From assembly GCA_028698185.1 (NCBI GenBank), contig JAQVDW010000001.1:30001-62000 (forward strand): a stretch of 32,000 nucleotides of DNA, written 5' to 3'. The position numbers and the translations under genes are program-made. Below, piece by piece: positions 24,017-32,000 of the stretch. The number at the start of each line of letters is the position of its first letter. The stretch's first letter is position 1. The notes below the pieces were generated by a model. That model was given only the letters and a program-made list of their open reading frames with translations. It was not told the DNA's origin and made no database searches. Source of the DNA: Erysipelotrichaceae bacterium (lineage in GTDB: Bacteria > Bacillota_I > Bacilli_A > Erysipelotrichales > Coprobacillaceae).

Positions 24017-25240
24017 TTGGACAATCTATTAATATATAGTGATTTTTTAGCAGCTGATCTTCGGATTTTAGCTGCTAAAATTGCGAATAACCAAGCTGAT
24101 ATAATTTTTGTCAAGGAATTGCTTAAAAGATGTGATGGACTTAATCTGAATGGAAATTTATGGCAGTCATTGATCACTCTGGAGCTGATGAAAAACGAGA
24201 ATGTGTTTTCATTGGCATTGGAAAGAAAACAGCCGATTTCATCGGAACTTGAAGCAGTGACCATGGCGGATATTGCTGTCATTTTCGATTTGTTCAACTA
24301 TAAATTCGACAACAATGTTCCAGGCGTTGAGCTGATTAAAAACTATCGCAAATCCAAACCGGTGATCAACGACGAAATCGACAAGATTTTCAGTGATCTG
24401 CAGGAATCACTCGCAGGAGCCAACAATCATTTGGAGTTTTACAAAATCATGTATGACCATTACACCGATTTCGGGGTAGGGATGTACGGATTGAACAAAG
24501 CCTTTCGCTATAATGGTGATCATATCGAAGCAATCAAATTTATCGGTAACTCATCTCTTGAGGAAATTGTCGGGATGGATCTTCAAAAGGAACAGCTGAT
24601 TGCCAATACCCGGGACTTTATCGAAGGCAAGATGGCCAACAACGTCCTGCTGTATGGAGATGCGGGAACTGGGAAGTCTTCATGCATCAAAGGTCTGCTC
24701 AATCGATATTACAAGGATGGTTTGCGAATAGTCGAGGTTTACAAGCATCAGTTCATTGCGCTTCCTGAAATCATTCAGGAGTTACAATCCCGGAATTTCA
24801 AATTCATCTTGTTTATGGATGATCTCTCATTTGAAGAGTTCGAGATTGAATACAAATACTTGAAGGCCGTCATCGAGGGCGGACTGGAGAAAAAACCGGA
24901 CAACGTCCTTATTTACGCTACGAGCAACCGTCGACACCTTATCAAGGAGACATGGTCTGATCGTGAGGGCGATGAAGTCAAAGTCAATGATGCCTTGCAG
25001 GAAAAGTTATCGCTTGCAAGCCGTTTTGGAGTAACTATTTACTTTGGAAAACCTAATAAAAAAGAATTTTTCAATATAATTGATGGACTTTACCTCCAAT
25101 ATAAGTGTACAATGGATAAGGAAAAAGTTTATCAAGAAGCATTGAAATGGGAAATCCGCCATGGCGGTTTCTCCGGCAGAACTGCAAGGCAGTTTATGAT
25201 GAATTTAATTAGCCAACAGCAAGGAGATAGTAATGAATAA
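24017..25240 (+). CDS. DUF815-type AAA/P-loop ATPase with an N-terminal extension of approx 180 aa
   Basis: Walker A is LLYGDAGTGKSS and Walker B is FILFMDDLSFE. A sensor-like ATSNRRH follows. The TTG 24017 start lies 7 nt after AGAGG and is uncertain. Confidence 0.7.
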   Translation: MDNLLIYSDFLAADLRILAAKIANNQADIIFVKELLKRCDGLNLNGNLWQSLITLELMKNENVFSLALERKQPISSELEAVTMADIAVIFDLFNYKFDNNVPGVELIKNYRKSKPVINDEIDKIFSDLQESLAGANNHLEFYKIMYDHYTDFGVGMYGLNKAFRYNGDHIEAIKFIGNSSLEEIVGMDLQKEQLIANTRDFIEGKMANNVLLYGDAGTGKSSCIKGLLNRYYKDGLRIVEVYKHQFIALPEIIQELQSRNFKFILFMDDLSFEEFEIEYKYLKAVIEGGLEKKPDNVLIYATSNRRHLIKETWSDREGDEVKVNDALQEKLSLASRFGVTIYFGKPNKKEFFNIIDGLYLQYKCTMDKEKVYQEALKWEIRHGGFSGRTARQFMMNLISQQQGDSNE

Positions 25241-26639
25241 TTGGGATAGAGAATTACATGAAGAATGTGGTGTTTTCGGTATATCAGGTATCAATGATGC
25301 CGCTCAATATACCTATTACGGATTACATTCTTTGCAGCATCGGGGTCAAGAAGCGGCAGGAATACTGGTCAGCGGCGAAGACGGATTGAACATCCGCAAG
25401 GATGAAGGATTGGTCTCGGAAATTTTTTCAAGCTCAAGAATCCAGCGTTTGCCAGGAACTTCGGCTATCGGACATGTCCGATACTCAACAGCCGGTGGTG
25501 GGGGAATGGCCAATGTCCAACCTTTGCTTTTTAGAACGAACGAGGGATCTATGGGAATCGCCCATAATGGAAATCTGGTCAACGCCAATGATCTGAAAGC
25601 CGATTTGGAAAGACAGGGAAGCATTTTTTCTTCGACTTCCGATACTGAAGTTATCGCTCACCTGATCAAACGCAATTATGGAAACATGATTGATCGGATT
25701 TGCAATGCTCTAAGAGCAATTGACGGGGCTTTTGCTTTGTTGATATTGTTTGAGAATGCGATGTATGTCGCTCGTGACCGTTATGGTTTACGTCCATTGT
25801 CGATCGGACAACTGAAAAACGGAGCATATGTCTTCTCTTCAGAAACATGCGCATTTGAGATTATCGGTGCCAAATTCATCCGTGACGTTCTTCCTGGAGA
25901 AGTCATCCGTGTCAAGGACGGCCAACTGAAATCGACAACTTACTGCAATACAGTTTGTGATAATATGTGTGCAATGGAGTATATTTACTTTGCCCGTCCC
26001 GATTCGGATATAAACGGCGTGAATGTCCACATGTCTCGTAAAGCGGCAGGGAAGAAGCTCTATGAAGAAGCTCCAATCAAGGCCGATGTAGTTATCGGTG
26101 TACCTGACTCATCTACATCTGCAACTATCGGGTTTGCTGAAGTTTCAGGAATTCCATATGAAATGGGATTGATCAAAAACAAATATGTCGGACGGACTTT
26201 CATCCAACCAACCCAGGAATTGCGCGAACTGGGCGTAAAAATGAAACTTTCGGCCGTATCGACCATTGTCAAAGACAAGATTGTAGTCATGATCGATGAC
26301 TCAATTGTCCGCGGTACGACTTCAAGACGGATTGTGAAACTGTTGAAGGATGCCGGAGCCAAAGAAGTTCATGTCCGCATCGCTTCGCCTGCAATCAAAT
26401 ATCCATGTTTCTACGGAGTTGATACATCAACTGTCGATGAACTGATTTCGCATCGCCTCAATATCGATGAACTGACAGATTACATCGGGGCTGATTCTCT
26501 TTACTTCATTTCGGAAAAAGGAATCAGAGAATCAATCTTTCCTAAAAAAGATCATGATTTGTGCCTTGCTTGCTTCAACGGTGAATATGTCACAAAACTA
26601 TACGAAGATTATCATAAAGCTAATCGCGAAATCAAATAA
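25233..26639 (+). CDS. purF: Amidophosphoribosyltransferase PurF (with short propeptide)
   Basis: EECGVFGI places the Ntn Cys after an 11-residue propeptide, as in B. subtilis PurF. The PRPP loop is VVMIDDSIVRGTT. C-terminal Cys residues (CFYGVD, CLACFNGEY) fit the 4Fe-4S type. Confidence 0.92.
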   Translation: MNNWDRELHEECGVFGISGINDAAQYTYYGLHSLQHRGQEAAGILVSGEDGLNIRKDEGLVSEIFSSSRIQRLPGTSAIGHVRYSTAGGGGMANVQPLLFRTNEGSMGIAHNGNLVNANDLKADLERQGSIFSSTSDTEVIAHLIKRNYGNMIDRICNALRAIDGAFALLILFENAMYVARDRYGLRPLSIGQLKNGAYVFSSETCAFEIIGAKFIRDVLPGEVIRVKDGQLKSTTYCNTVCDNMCAMEYIYFARPDSDINGVNVHMSRKAAGKKLYEEAPIKADVVIGVPDSSTSATIGFAEVSGIPYEMGLIKNKYVGRTFIQPTQELRELGVKMKLSAVSTIVKDKIVVMIDDSIVRGTTSRRIVKLLKDAGAKEVHVRIASPAIKYPCFYGVDTSTVDELISHRLNIDELTDYIGADSLYFISEKGIRESIFPKKDHDLCLACFNGEYVTKLYEDYHKANREIK

Positions 26640-26663
26640 GGGAGAAATCCCTTATTTTTTTTT
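26636..26663 (+). terminator. Rho-independent terminator after purF
   Basis: The stem is ataaggga/tcccttat with loop gaaa, followed by T8. Confidence 0.85.
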
Positions 26664-26685
26664 GGCTGAAACCCGCCCATATACA

Positions 26686-26713
26686 TGTTCGCATAATATA
26701 TATTATGTAATTT
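26686..26713. other. dif: dif-like XerC/XerD chromosome dimer resolution site
   Basis: TGTTCGCATAA-TATATA-TTATGTAATTT matches E. coli dif GGTGCGCATAA-TGTATA-TTATGTTAAAT at 22/28 by hand count. It matches B. subtilis dif ACTTCCTAGAA-TATATA-TTATGTAAACT at 21/28, with an identical central hexamer. It lies between convergent terminators at the point where gene orientation flips. Confidence 0.75.
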
Positions 26714-26719
26714 TAATAA

Positions 26720-26742
26720 ATTAAAAAGCGGTTAAACCGCTT
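26720..26742 (-). terminator. Rho-independent terminator of the xerD-deoB-membrane protein unit
   Basis: The minus-strand stem is aagcggt/accgctt (26726-32 with 26736-42), followed on the minus strand by ttttt. It overlaps the stop codon of the 87-aa ORF. Confidence 0.6.
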
Positions 26743-27004
26743 ATATGGTGCTGAAAGTCAAAGCTGAAAATACTGTAAATATAAACAAATTTATGAATAC
26801 CAGCATCAACAGAATTTTCAGTTGCTTTGCCCGATAATTCACATAAAGGGTGAAAACATTTAGTCCTATTAGCAGACTTGCAAATACGTATAAAAACAGA
26901 CTCGATATAAACACTCCCAGCCAGATCGCCAGATAATAAAAGACGCTGGCAATCAGTGAAGTCAGAAGTGACAGTATGACAAGTTTTTGAATTCTATTCA
27001 TCAT
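26741..27004 (-). CDS. Small hypothetical membrane protein (3 predicted TM segments)
   Basis: The 87-aa sequence is strongly hydrophobic. Its start ATGATGA overlaps the deoB stop (translational coupling), and a terminator follows. There is no family recognition. Confidence 0.5.
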   Translation of the reverse strand: MMNRIQKLVILSLLTSLIASVFYYLAIWLGVFISSLFLYVFASLLIGLNVFTLYVNYRAKQLKILLMLVFINLFIFTVFSALTFSTI

Positions 27005-28188
27005 ATCAAAATCTCGAAAAAGGACTTGTTTTTGTCGGCCTCAGGAATATTGAAATTTTCACCGATGGTGTTGCCGATATAATCGAAGCCACAGAATTGC
27101 CCCAAATGTCGTGGTCCTTTTAACTGTTTTGAATACATCAATAGCGGGACGTTCTCGCGTGTGTGGTCGGTACCAGTCCAGGTCGGATCGTTACCATGGT
27201 CCGCTGTTATAATCAAAAGGTCATCATTTTTTAACAACCCAATCAAATCGCCCAGTTTGCTGTCAAATTCTTTAATTGCTTCAAGATAACCTTTGCTATC
27301 CCTTCGATGACCGTAGAGTGAGTCGAAATCAACAAGGTTGGCAAACACCAGGCCAGTAAAGTCTGTGTGAGCCAATTCAACGATTTTATTCATGCCGTCA
27401 TTATTTGAAATTGTCGGAATAGACTTCGTGATTCCCTGACCGTTGAAAATATCAGATATTTTTCCCACCGATATGACATCAAAATTCGCTTGTTTCATGT
27501 AATCAAGCATCGTGGCCATTGCCGGCGACAATGCGTAGTCATGTCGGTTTGGGGTCCGCACAAATTTTCCGGGACTTGCTTCTTTGAAAGGTCTGGCGAT
27601 GACTCGGGCTACTTTCCATTCGTCCTTCATCAGCAGTTCACGGGCAATCTTGCAGGCTCGATAAAGTTCCTCAAGTTTGATGACATCCTCATTGGCGGCT
27701 ATCTGGAAAACCGAGTCCGCCGAAGTGTATACAATCCAATCACCGGTTTGCTTCTGGTGTTCGCCATATTGTTCCAGGATGGTGGTCCCTGAAATCGAAA
27801 TATTTCCAACACATTTTCGTCCGGTCTTTTCCTCAAATAGCTTGATGAATTCATCAGGAAAACCGGTGTCGGTGAATGTCTTGTACCCCTTGGTTGAAAT
27901 CAGCCCCATCATCTCATGATGACCGGTAAGAGTGTCCTTTGCGTTTGATTTTTCTTCCAGTACGGCACTGTAGCCAAGCTGGTTTGTCAGACGATAAATT
28001 CCATTGAACTCGCCAAGACTGCCAAGCCCCATCCCTTCAAGTTGGATAAGATTGACTGTATCGGGATCTTCATTGGCAACGATGTGCTTCAGGGTGTTTG
28101 CACCCTGGTCACCAAAATTCATGGCATCAGGAGCATTGCCAACTCCCAATGAATCTGCAACAATCAAAAAGATACGTTTGAACTTCAT
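27001..28188 (-). CDS. deoB: Phosphopentomutase
   Basis: Motifs seen are IVADSLGVG, ITADHGNDPTWTGTDHTRE and the metal-binding DFD. Length is 395 aa. The ATG overlaps the xerD TGA (ATGA). Confidence 0.92.
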   Translation of the reverse strand: MKFKRIFLIVADSLGVGNAPDAMNFGDQGANTLKHIVANEDPDTVNLIQLEGMGLGSLGEFNGIYRLTNQLGYSAVLEEKSNAKDTLTGHHEMMGLISTKGYKTFTDTGFPDEFIKLFEEKTGRKCVGNISISGTTILEQYGEHQKQTGDWIVYTSADSVFQIAANEDVIKLEELYRACKIARELLMKDEWKVARVIARPFKEASPGKFVRTPNRHDYALSPAMATMLDYMKQANFDVISVGKISDIFNGQGITKSIPTISNNDGMNKIVELAHTDFTGLVFANLVDFDSLYGHRRDSKGYLEAIKEFDSKLGDLIGLLKNDDLLIITADHGNDPTWTGTDHTRENVPLLMYSKQLKGPRHLGQFCGFDYIGNTIGENFNIPEADKNKSFFEILI

Positions 28189-29081
28189 TTTTTCCCCCTC
28201 TTTCTATTGAAAAACAAATCATATTCATCCTTAAGTTTTTGTTTAGAAACATGCGTGTATATTGTGGTTGTGGCGATGTCGCTATGGCCTAGAAGCTCCT
28301 GGATTGAACGCAGGTCGGCTCCGTTTTCCAAAATATGGGTAGCAAAACTGTGTCGGAAAGTATGCGGTGATACTTTTTTCGATAGGCCACACTCTTTTAC
28401 ACAATTCGTGAAAATCTTGAAGAAATTCTCCCGCGAAATCAGCCCCCCGCTGCTTAAAAAAAGAGAGTCACATTGGGTTGAATGTTTGTATTCTGGTCTG
28501 ATAGTCGAAAGATAATCCGTCAGATAATCAACTACCAGCGGGCTAAGCGGAATCATTCTTTGCTTTTCCCCCTTGCCAAAAACCCTGACAATGGCCATCT
28601 TGAGATTCACATCCCTTGTTTTGAGATTAACTAGTTCGCTGCAGCGCATCCCGGTTGCATAAAGCAATTCCAACATCACCCGATTGCGATAACCATTTGT
28701 AGTTGATATGTCGATACTCTCCAGTATTGTCTTAACCTCACTGTAACTCAAACTCGATGGCAGTCTTTTGGGAATCTTGGGTATGTCAAATTTGTCCATC
28801 AGGTTGGTTGATACAATATTTTCTTTCACCAGGAATTTGTAATAAGTCCTAAGAGCCGTAAGTTTCCTTGATCGGGTGCTTATCGCATAATTTGCAAGGC
28901 TATTGATATAGAGCCGGATATGTTCGTAATCGATAGAAACAGCTGACTGGATATCCATCCGGGCCAAAAAATCAAAGAAATGTTCGAGATCGTATTCATA
29001 AGCGATTATGGTGTTCGAACTGAAGCCCCGTTCGACTATAAGATATGTTTTAAATTCTATCAATGTGTCACTTAAAATCAT
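28185..29081 (-). CDS. xerD: Tyrosine site-specific recombinase XerD
   Basis: The catalytic pattern is R...HTFRHSFATH...LGHSDIATTTIYTHV. Length is 298 aa. The position next to deoB resembles ripX-drm in B. subtilis. XerD versus XerC is judged from the LGHSDI motif and context only. Confidence 0.78.
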   Translation of the reverse strand: MILSDTLIEFKTYLIVERGFSSNTIIAYEYDLEHFFDFLARMDIQSAVSIDYEHIRLYINSLANYAISTRSRKLTALRTYYKFLVKENIVSTNLMDKFDIPKIPKRLPSSLSYSEVKTILESIDISTTNGYRNRVMLELLYATGMRCSELVNLKTRDVNLKMAIVRVFGKGEKQRMIPLSPLVVDYLTDYLSTIRPEYKHSTQCDSLFLSSGGLISRENFFKIFTNCVKECGLSKKVSPHTFRHSFATHILENGADLRSIQELLGHSDIATTTIYTHVSKQKLKDEYDLFFNRKRGKK

Positions 29082-29140
29082 CTAATCACCCATTTCATTA
29101 TACATTTATTTTTACTAAATTTCCAACCAGACGATAACAA

Positions 29141-30340
29141 TCAGTCTTTTATGATAAAATCTTTCTTCTTTTTTTCCAACTGTGATGCCTTGATAACTTT
29201 TACGCTATTGCTATTTTGATTAAGTATTTCAATCAGGTTGTCAACATCATCTTTCTTTGTCACCAGTTCCGAGTGGTCAAAGAGTGACAGCTGCTGGTTG
29301 TAATTTTTGATTTCAATCGTGTTGTTCAATGAGACACCAAGGAGCCGTACGAGCATACCGTTGTAATTGTTGTCAAAAAGCATTTTTGCGGTGGAGATTA
29401 TATCTTCGAAATCATTGGTGAACCTCGATATTATCGTCTGCCGAGTGATTGTCTTTCCGTTTTTATATTTTATGGTAATCGAAATCGAGTTGGAAATAAG
29501 TTCCCTCTTTTTCGCCCGAGCTGAAACGTGCGATGCCAGTGAGGATAATGTATCCTCGAGATAAGTATGGTCATTGGATACCTTGTCCAAGGTTGTTGAA
29601 TTACCGACTGATCGTAATTTTTCTTTGCCGACCACCGGTTGAGTGTCAATACCATTGGCCTGACGATAGATGATGAATGCCCGGTTCATGAAAATGGAGG
29701 TAAGCAGATCGTAATTGTGATAATTGGCAAGATCCTGGATTGTGTTGATATTGTTGGATTTCAAAACTTCTTGGCTTTTCTTGCCGATTCCATAAAAACT
29801 GCTGATGTCCAAAGGCCACATGACCGTTTTGATGTTTTTCTTTGTCAAAATGGTGATCCCCATCGGTTTTTTCAGATCGCTGGCCATTTTCGCCAGAAAC
29901 TTGTTGTGGCTGATGCCAATGGAACATTCAAGATGGAGTTTTTCGTAAACTTCCTGCTGAATTTTTTGAGCCAATTCATAGGGGTCTGTGTATTTCTTGT
30001 CCTTGAAAAGCTGGGTGACGTCGACGTAACACTCATCTATCGAGCCAACTGCAAGAATTGGTGAATATGATGCCACGATGGAAAAAAACTGGTTCGACAA
30101 TTCGTTGTAAAGCTTGAAGTCCGGTTCTCTTACAATTATATCCGGGCATATTTTTTTTGCCTGAAATAAAGGCATTGCGGAATGAATCCCCAACGCCCTG
30201 GCCTGATATGATGCAGTTGTAATGATCGAACGCGGATTGTCCCGAGTTATCACCAAAGGCTTCCCCGCCAGTTCCGGTTCGATGCAAACCGCAGCCGAAG
30301 CGAAATAAGCGTTGAGGTCGATATGGAATATTACTCGCAT
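29141..30340 (-). CDS. dinB: DNA polymerase IV (Y-family)
   Basis: Motifs seen are IFHIDLNAYFASA and SIDECYVDV (catalytic DE), with a little-finger region following. AAGGAG lies 5 nt upstream. The start overlaps the recN end by 10 nt. Confidence 0.9.
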   Translation of the reverse strand: MRVIFHIDLNAYFASAAVCIEPELAGKPLVITRDNPRSIITTASYQARALGIHSAMPLFQAKKICPDIIVREPDFKLYNELSNQFFSIVASYSPILAVGSIDECYVDVTQLFKDKKYTDPYELAQKIQQEVYEKLHLECSIGISHNKFLAKMASDLKKPMGITILTKKNIKTVMWPLDISSFYGIGKKSQEVLKSNNINTIQDLANYHNYDLLTSIFMNRAFIIYRQANGIDTQPVVGKEKLRSVGNSTTLDKVSNDHTYLEDTLSSLASHVSARAKKRELISNSISITIKYKNGKTITRQTIISRFTNDFEDIISTAKMLFDNNYNGMLVRLLGVSLNNTIEIKNYNQQLSLFDHSELVTKKDDVDNLIEILNQNSNSVKVIKASQLEKKKKDFIIKD

Positions 30341-31989
30341 ACAATCTCCTTTTGGGCCTGAATCAGGTAATTACGGGCATGTTCGAGAGATTCAAGCGAC
30401 AATTGTTCGGATGAGATAAGCTTTGCTAGCTCTTCGACCTGGCCTTCGAAATCCAATTTGGATATTGCGACCTCTGTCGAGGAGTTGGATACCTGTTTTT
30501 TGATCAACAGATGATGATTTGTATACAGGGCAACCTGGAACAAATGGGTGATGACAATCACCTGGCATTTTTGAGCCAACTTGGCCATTTTCCTTCCTAT
30601 TGCCGCACCGACTTTGCCGCTTACGCCGGTGTCCGCTTCATCGAAGATGATTGTCTGGATTGGACTTTGACTAAGCGTGATCACCTTGATTGCCAGCATC
30701 ACCCGCGAGATTTCTCCGCCTGAAGCAACTTTTATTAACGGTTGTAAATCCACACCGACATTCGTGCTAATCAAGAATTCGACCTGATCGAAACCTTCTT
30801 TGGTCAGCATCCCTTCTTTGAAGGCGACTTTGAATCTTACATTGTTGAGATACAGGTCATTAAGTTCCTGCTTGATCGCTTCTTCGAAAACCTTGCTGGC
30901 TTCTTTCCGGTTTGTTGAAATAGTCCTGGCAATGTCAATTAGTTCTTTTTCAAGTTTGGCTATATTAGATTCCAATCCGGCAATTTTGAAATCACGGTTG
31001 GAAAAGGCATCTATTTTTTCAACCAGATCATCCCGGGCGGCAACGATACTTTCCTTGGATGGACCGTAAATTTTTTTCAAGTGGTTGAACTTGGATATAT
31101 GATCCTTGATGTTTGAGATGGCATACTCGTCGAAATCGTAGCTTTGGATCCTGGTGGCGATTCGCTGCGCATTGTCTTCGATGGTGTAAAGGCAATTGTA
31201 GATATTGTCATACTCCGAGTCGAACTTCTCAAGATTATTCAATTCTGCCAGGTAATTCAAGCTGTCGTTGATTGAGCTAAGACCATTTTGGATCTGGTAT
31301 GAGAACTGCTCATAGTTCTCGGAAATCTTTGAATAGTTTTCGGTTCTTTGCTTTTGGAGCAGCAGATCATCGATGTCCAGATTGTCGATATCGATCTCTT
31401 CAATTTTCTCAAGTCGAGCTTTGTAGAAATCAAGCTGTTCATCCGAATATTCCTGCGCCTGCAGCTCTTTTAACTGTTTTTGTAAGTCTGAGTATTGCGC
31501 ATACTTTGTTTGGTAATCGATTTTGATCCGATTGTCATCGCTGGTCAAATTGTCGATAATCTTCAGATGGTTCTTTTGATTGAACAAATATTGGGTGTCG
31601 AACTGATTGTGGATTTCAATCAGGTATGCGGCAAGTTTGCGAATAAGAGTTTGGGTAGTGTTACGATAGTTAAGTTTGTAAATCGTCTTGTTTGAACGAT
31701 CGATAGTCTTGGAGATGACTATCTGATCATCATAATCCAAATCATGTTCCGCAAAAAAATCCTTCACAGCATCGTTTTGCGTCGAAAAAATACCTTCGAT
31801 TACAGCCTTTGAAGAGCCTTCACGGATCAAATTAGTGTCCGTCCGACCGCCGCAAAGCTGTCCGATGGCATCGATGATTATTGATTTTCCCGCACCGGTT
31901 TCCCCTGTCAGGACGGTCATTCCGGAATCAAAGTTGATATTCAGTTTTTTGATTATTGCAAAATTCTCGATATACAAACTATCTAACAT
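30331..31989 (-). CDS. recN: DNA repair protein RecN
   Basis: Walker A is GETGAGKS, followed by a long coiled-coil middle. The signature-like motif is ASGGEISR and Walker B is IIFDEADTGVSG. Length is 552 aa. The promoter lies outside the window. Confidence 0.92.
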   Translation of the reverse strand: MLDSLYIENFAIIKKLNINFDSGMTVLTGETGAGKSIIIDAIGQLCGGRTDTNLIREGSSKAVIEGIFSTQNDAVKDFFAEHDLDYDDQIVISKTIDRSNKTIYKLNYRNTTQTLIRKLAAYLIEIHNQFDTQYLFNQKNHLKIIDNLTSDDNRIKIDYQTKYAQYSDLQKQLKELQAQEYSDEQLDFYKARLEKIEEIDIDNLDIDDLLLQKQRTENYSKISENYEQFSYQIQNGLSSINDSLNYLAELNNLEKFDSEYDNIYNCLYTIEDNAQRIATRIQSYDFDEYAISNIKDHISKFNHLKKIYGPSKESIVAARDDLVEKIDAFSNRDFKIAGLESNIAKLEKELIDIARTISTNRKEASKVFEEAIKQELNDLYLNNVRFKVAFKEGMLTKEGFDQVEFLISTNVGVDLQPLIKVASGGEISRVMLAIKVITLSQSPIQTIIFDEADTGVSGKVGAAIGRKMAKLAQKCQVIVITHLFQVALYTNHHLLIKKQVSNSSTEVAISKLDFEGQVEELAKLISSEQLSLESLEHARNYLIQAQKEIVCE

Positions 31990-32000
31990 ATTTTTTACCC

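Noticed and set aside
26675-26692. A CGAACATGTAT half-site on the minus strand that resembles a LexA (Cheo) box.
   Set aside because: Only one half (CGAAC) is present and there is no GTTCG partner at N4. The sequence is the left arm of the dif-like site, and it lies between two gene ends with no promoter to regulate.
1-32000. A search for CRISPR arrays, tRNA/rRNA genes, IS or transposase genes, phage integrases, toxin-antitoxin pairs and known defence-system genes.
   Set aside because: I noticed no spaced direct repeats, no cloverleaf-like or rRNA-conserved segments and no transposase- or DDE-like ORFs. The only tyrosine recombinase is a standard-length XerD. Nothing resembles a known defence module.

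Overview
This is a chromosomal window from a low-GC Gram-positive-type bacterium (Bacillota or a wall-less relative). It uses the standard genetic code: TGA ends parC, xerD, deoB and yqeM, and all long ORFs are intact under code 11. Nearly everything is conserved housekeeping. Gene order mirrors the Bacillus subtilis ymf, yne, yqe and yrr blocks. Plus strand: rnj (3' end), ftsK, an M16 peptidase pair, DUF896 and yneF. plsY lies divergent from parE-parC, which runs without gaps into yqeH-yqeI-nadD/yqeK-rsfS-yqeM-mtnN-U32. Next is a small accessory islet: an XRE regulator, a VOC protein, a YfcE-type phosphoesterase, a Cof phosphatase and two tandem orphan PTS EIIB genes. It is followed by an ACT(UPF0237)-DUF711(UPF0210)-DUF815 ATPase-purF operon. 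Minus strand: recN-dinB and xerD-deoB-small membrane protein. The strongest unannotated signal is a 28-bp dif-like Xer recombination site at 26686-26713. It sits between two convergent terminators exactly where gene orientation flips, so it probably marks the replication terminus; xerD is 1.5 kb away. Other second-look items are a roughly 150-nt structured leader with mutually exclusive SD-sequestering pairing ahead of the DUF896 gene, the duplicated orphan EIIB genes, the unknown-function operon coupled to purF, a NadD-YqeK fusion and a long-form U32 protein. I saw no rRNA, tRNA, CRISPR array, transposase or recognisable defence system. I do not see convincing evidence for a wholly new multi-gene system; candidates are scored accordingly.
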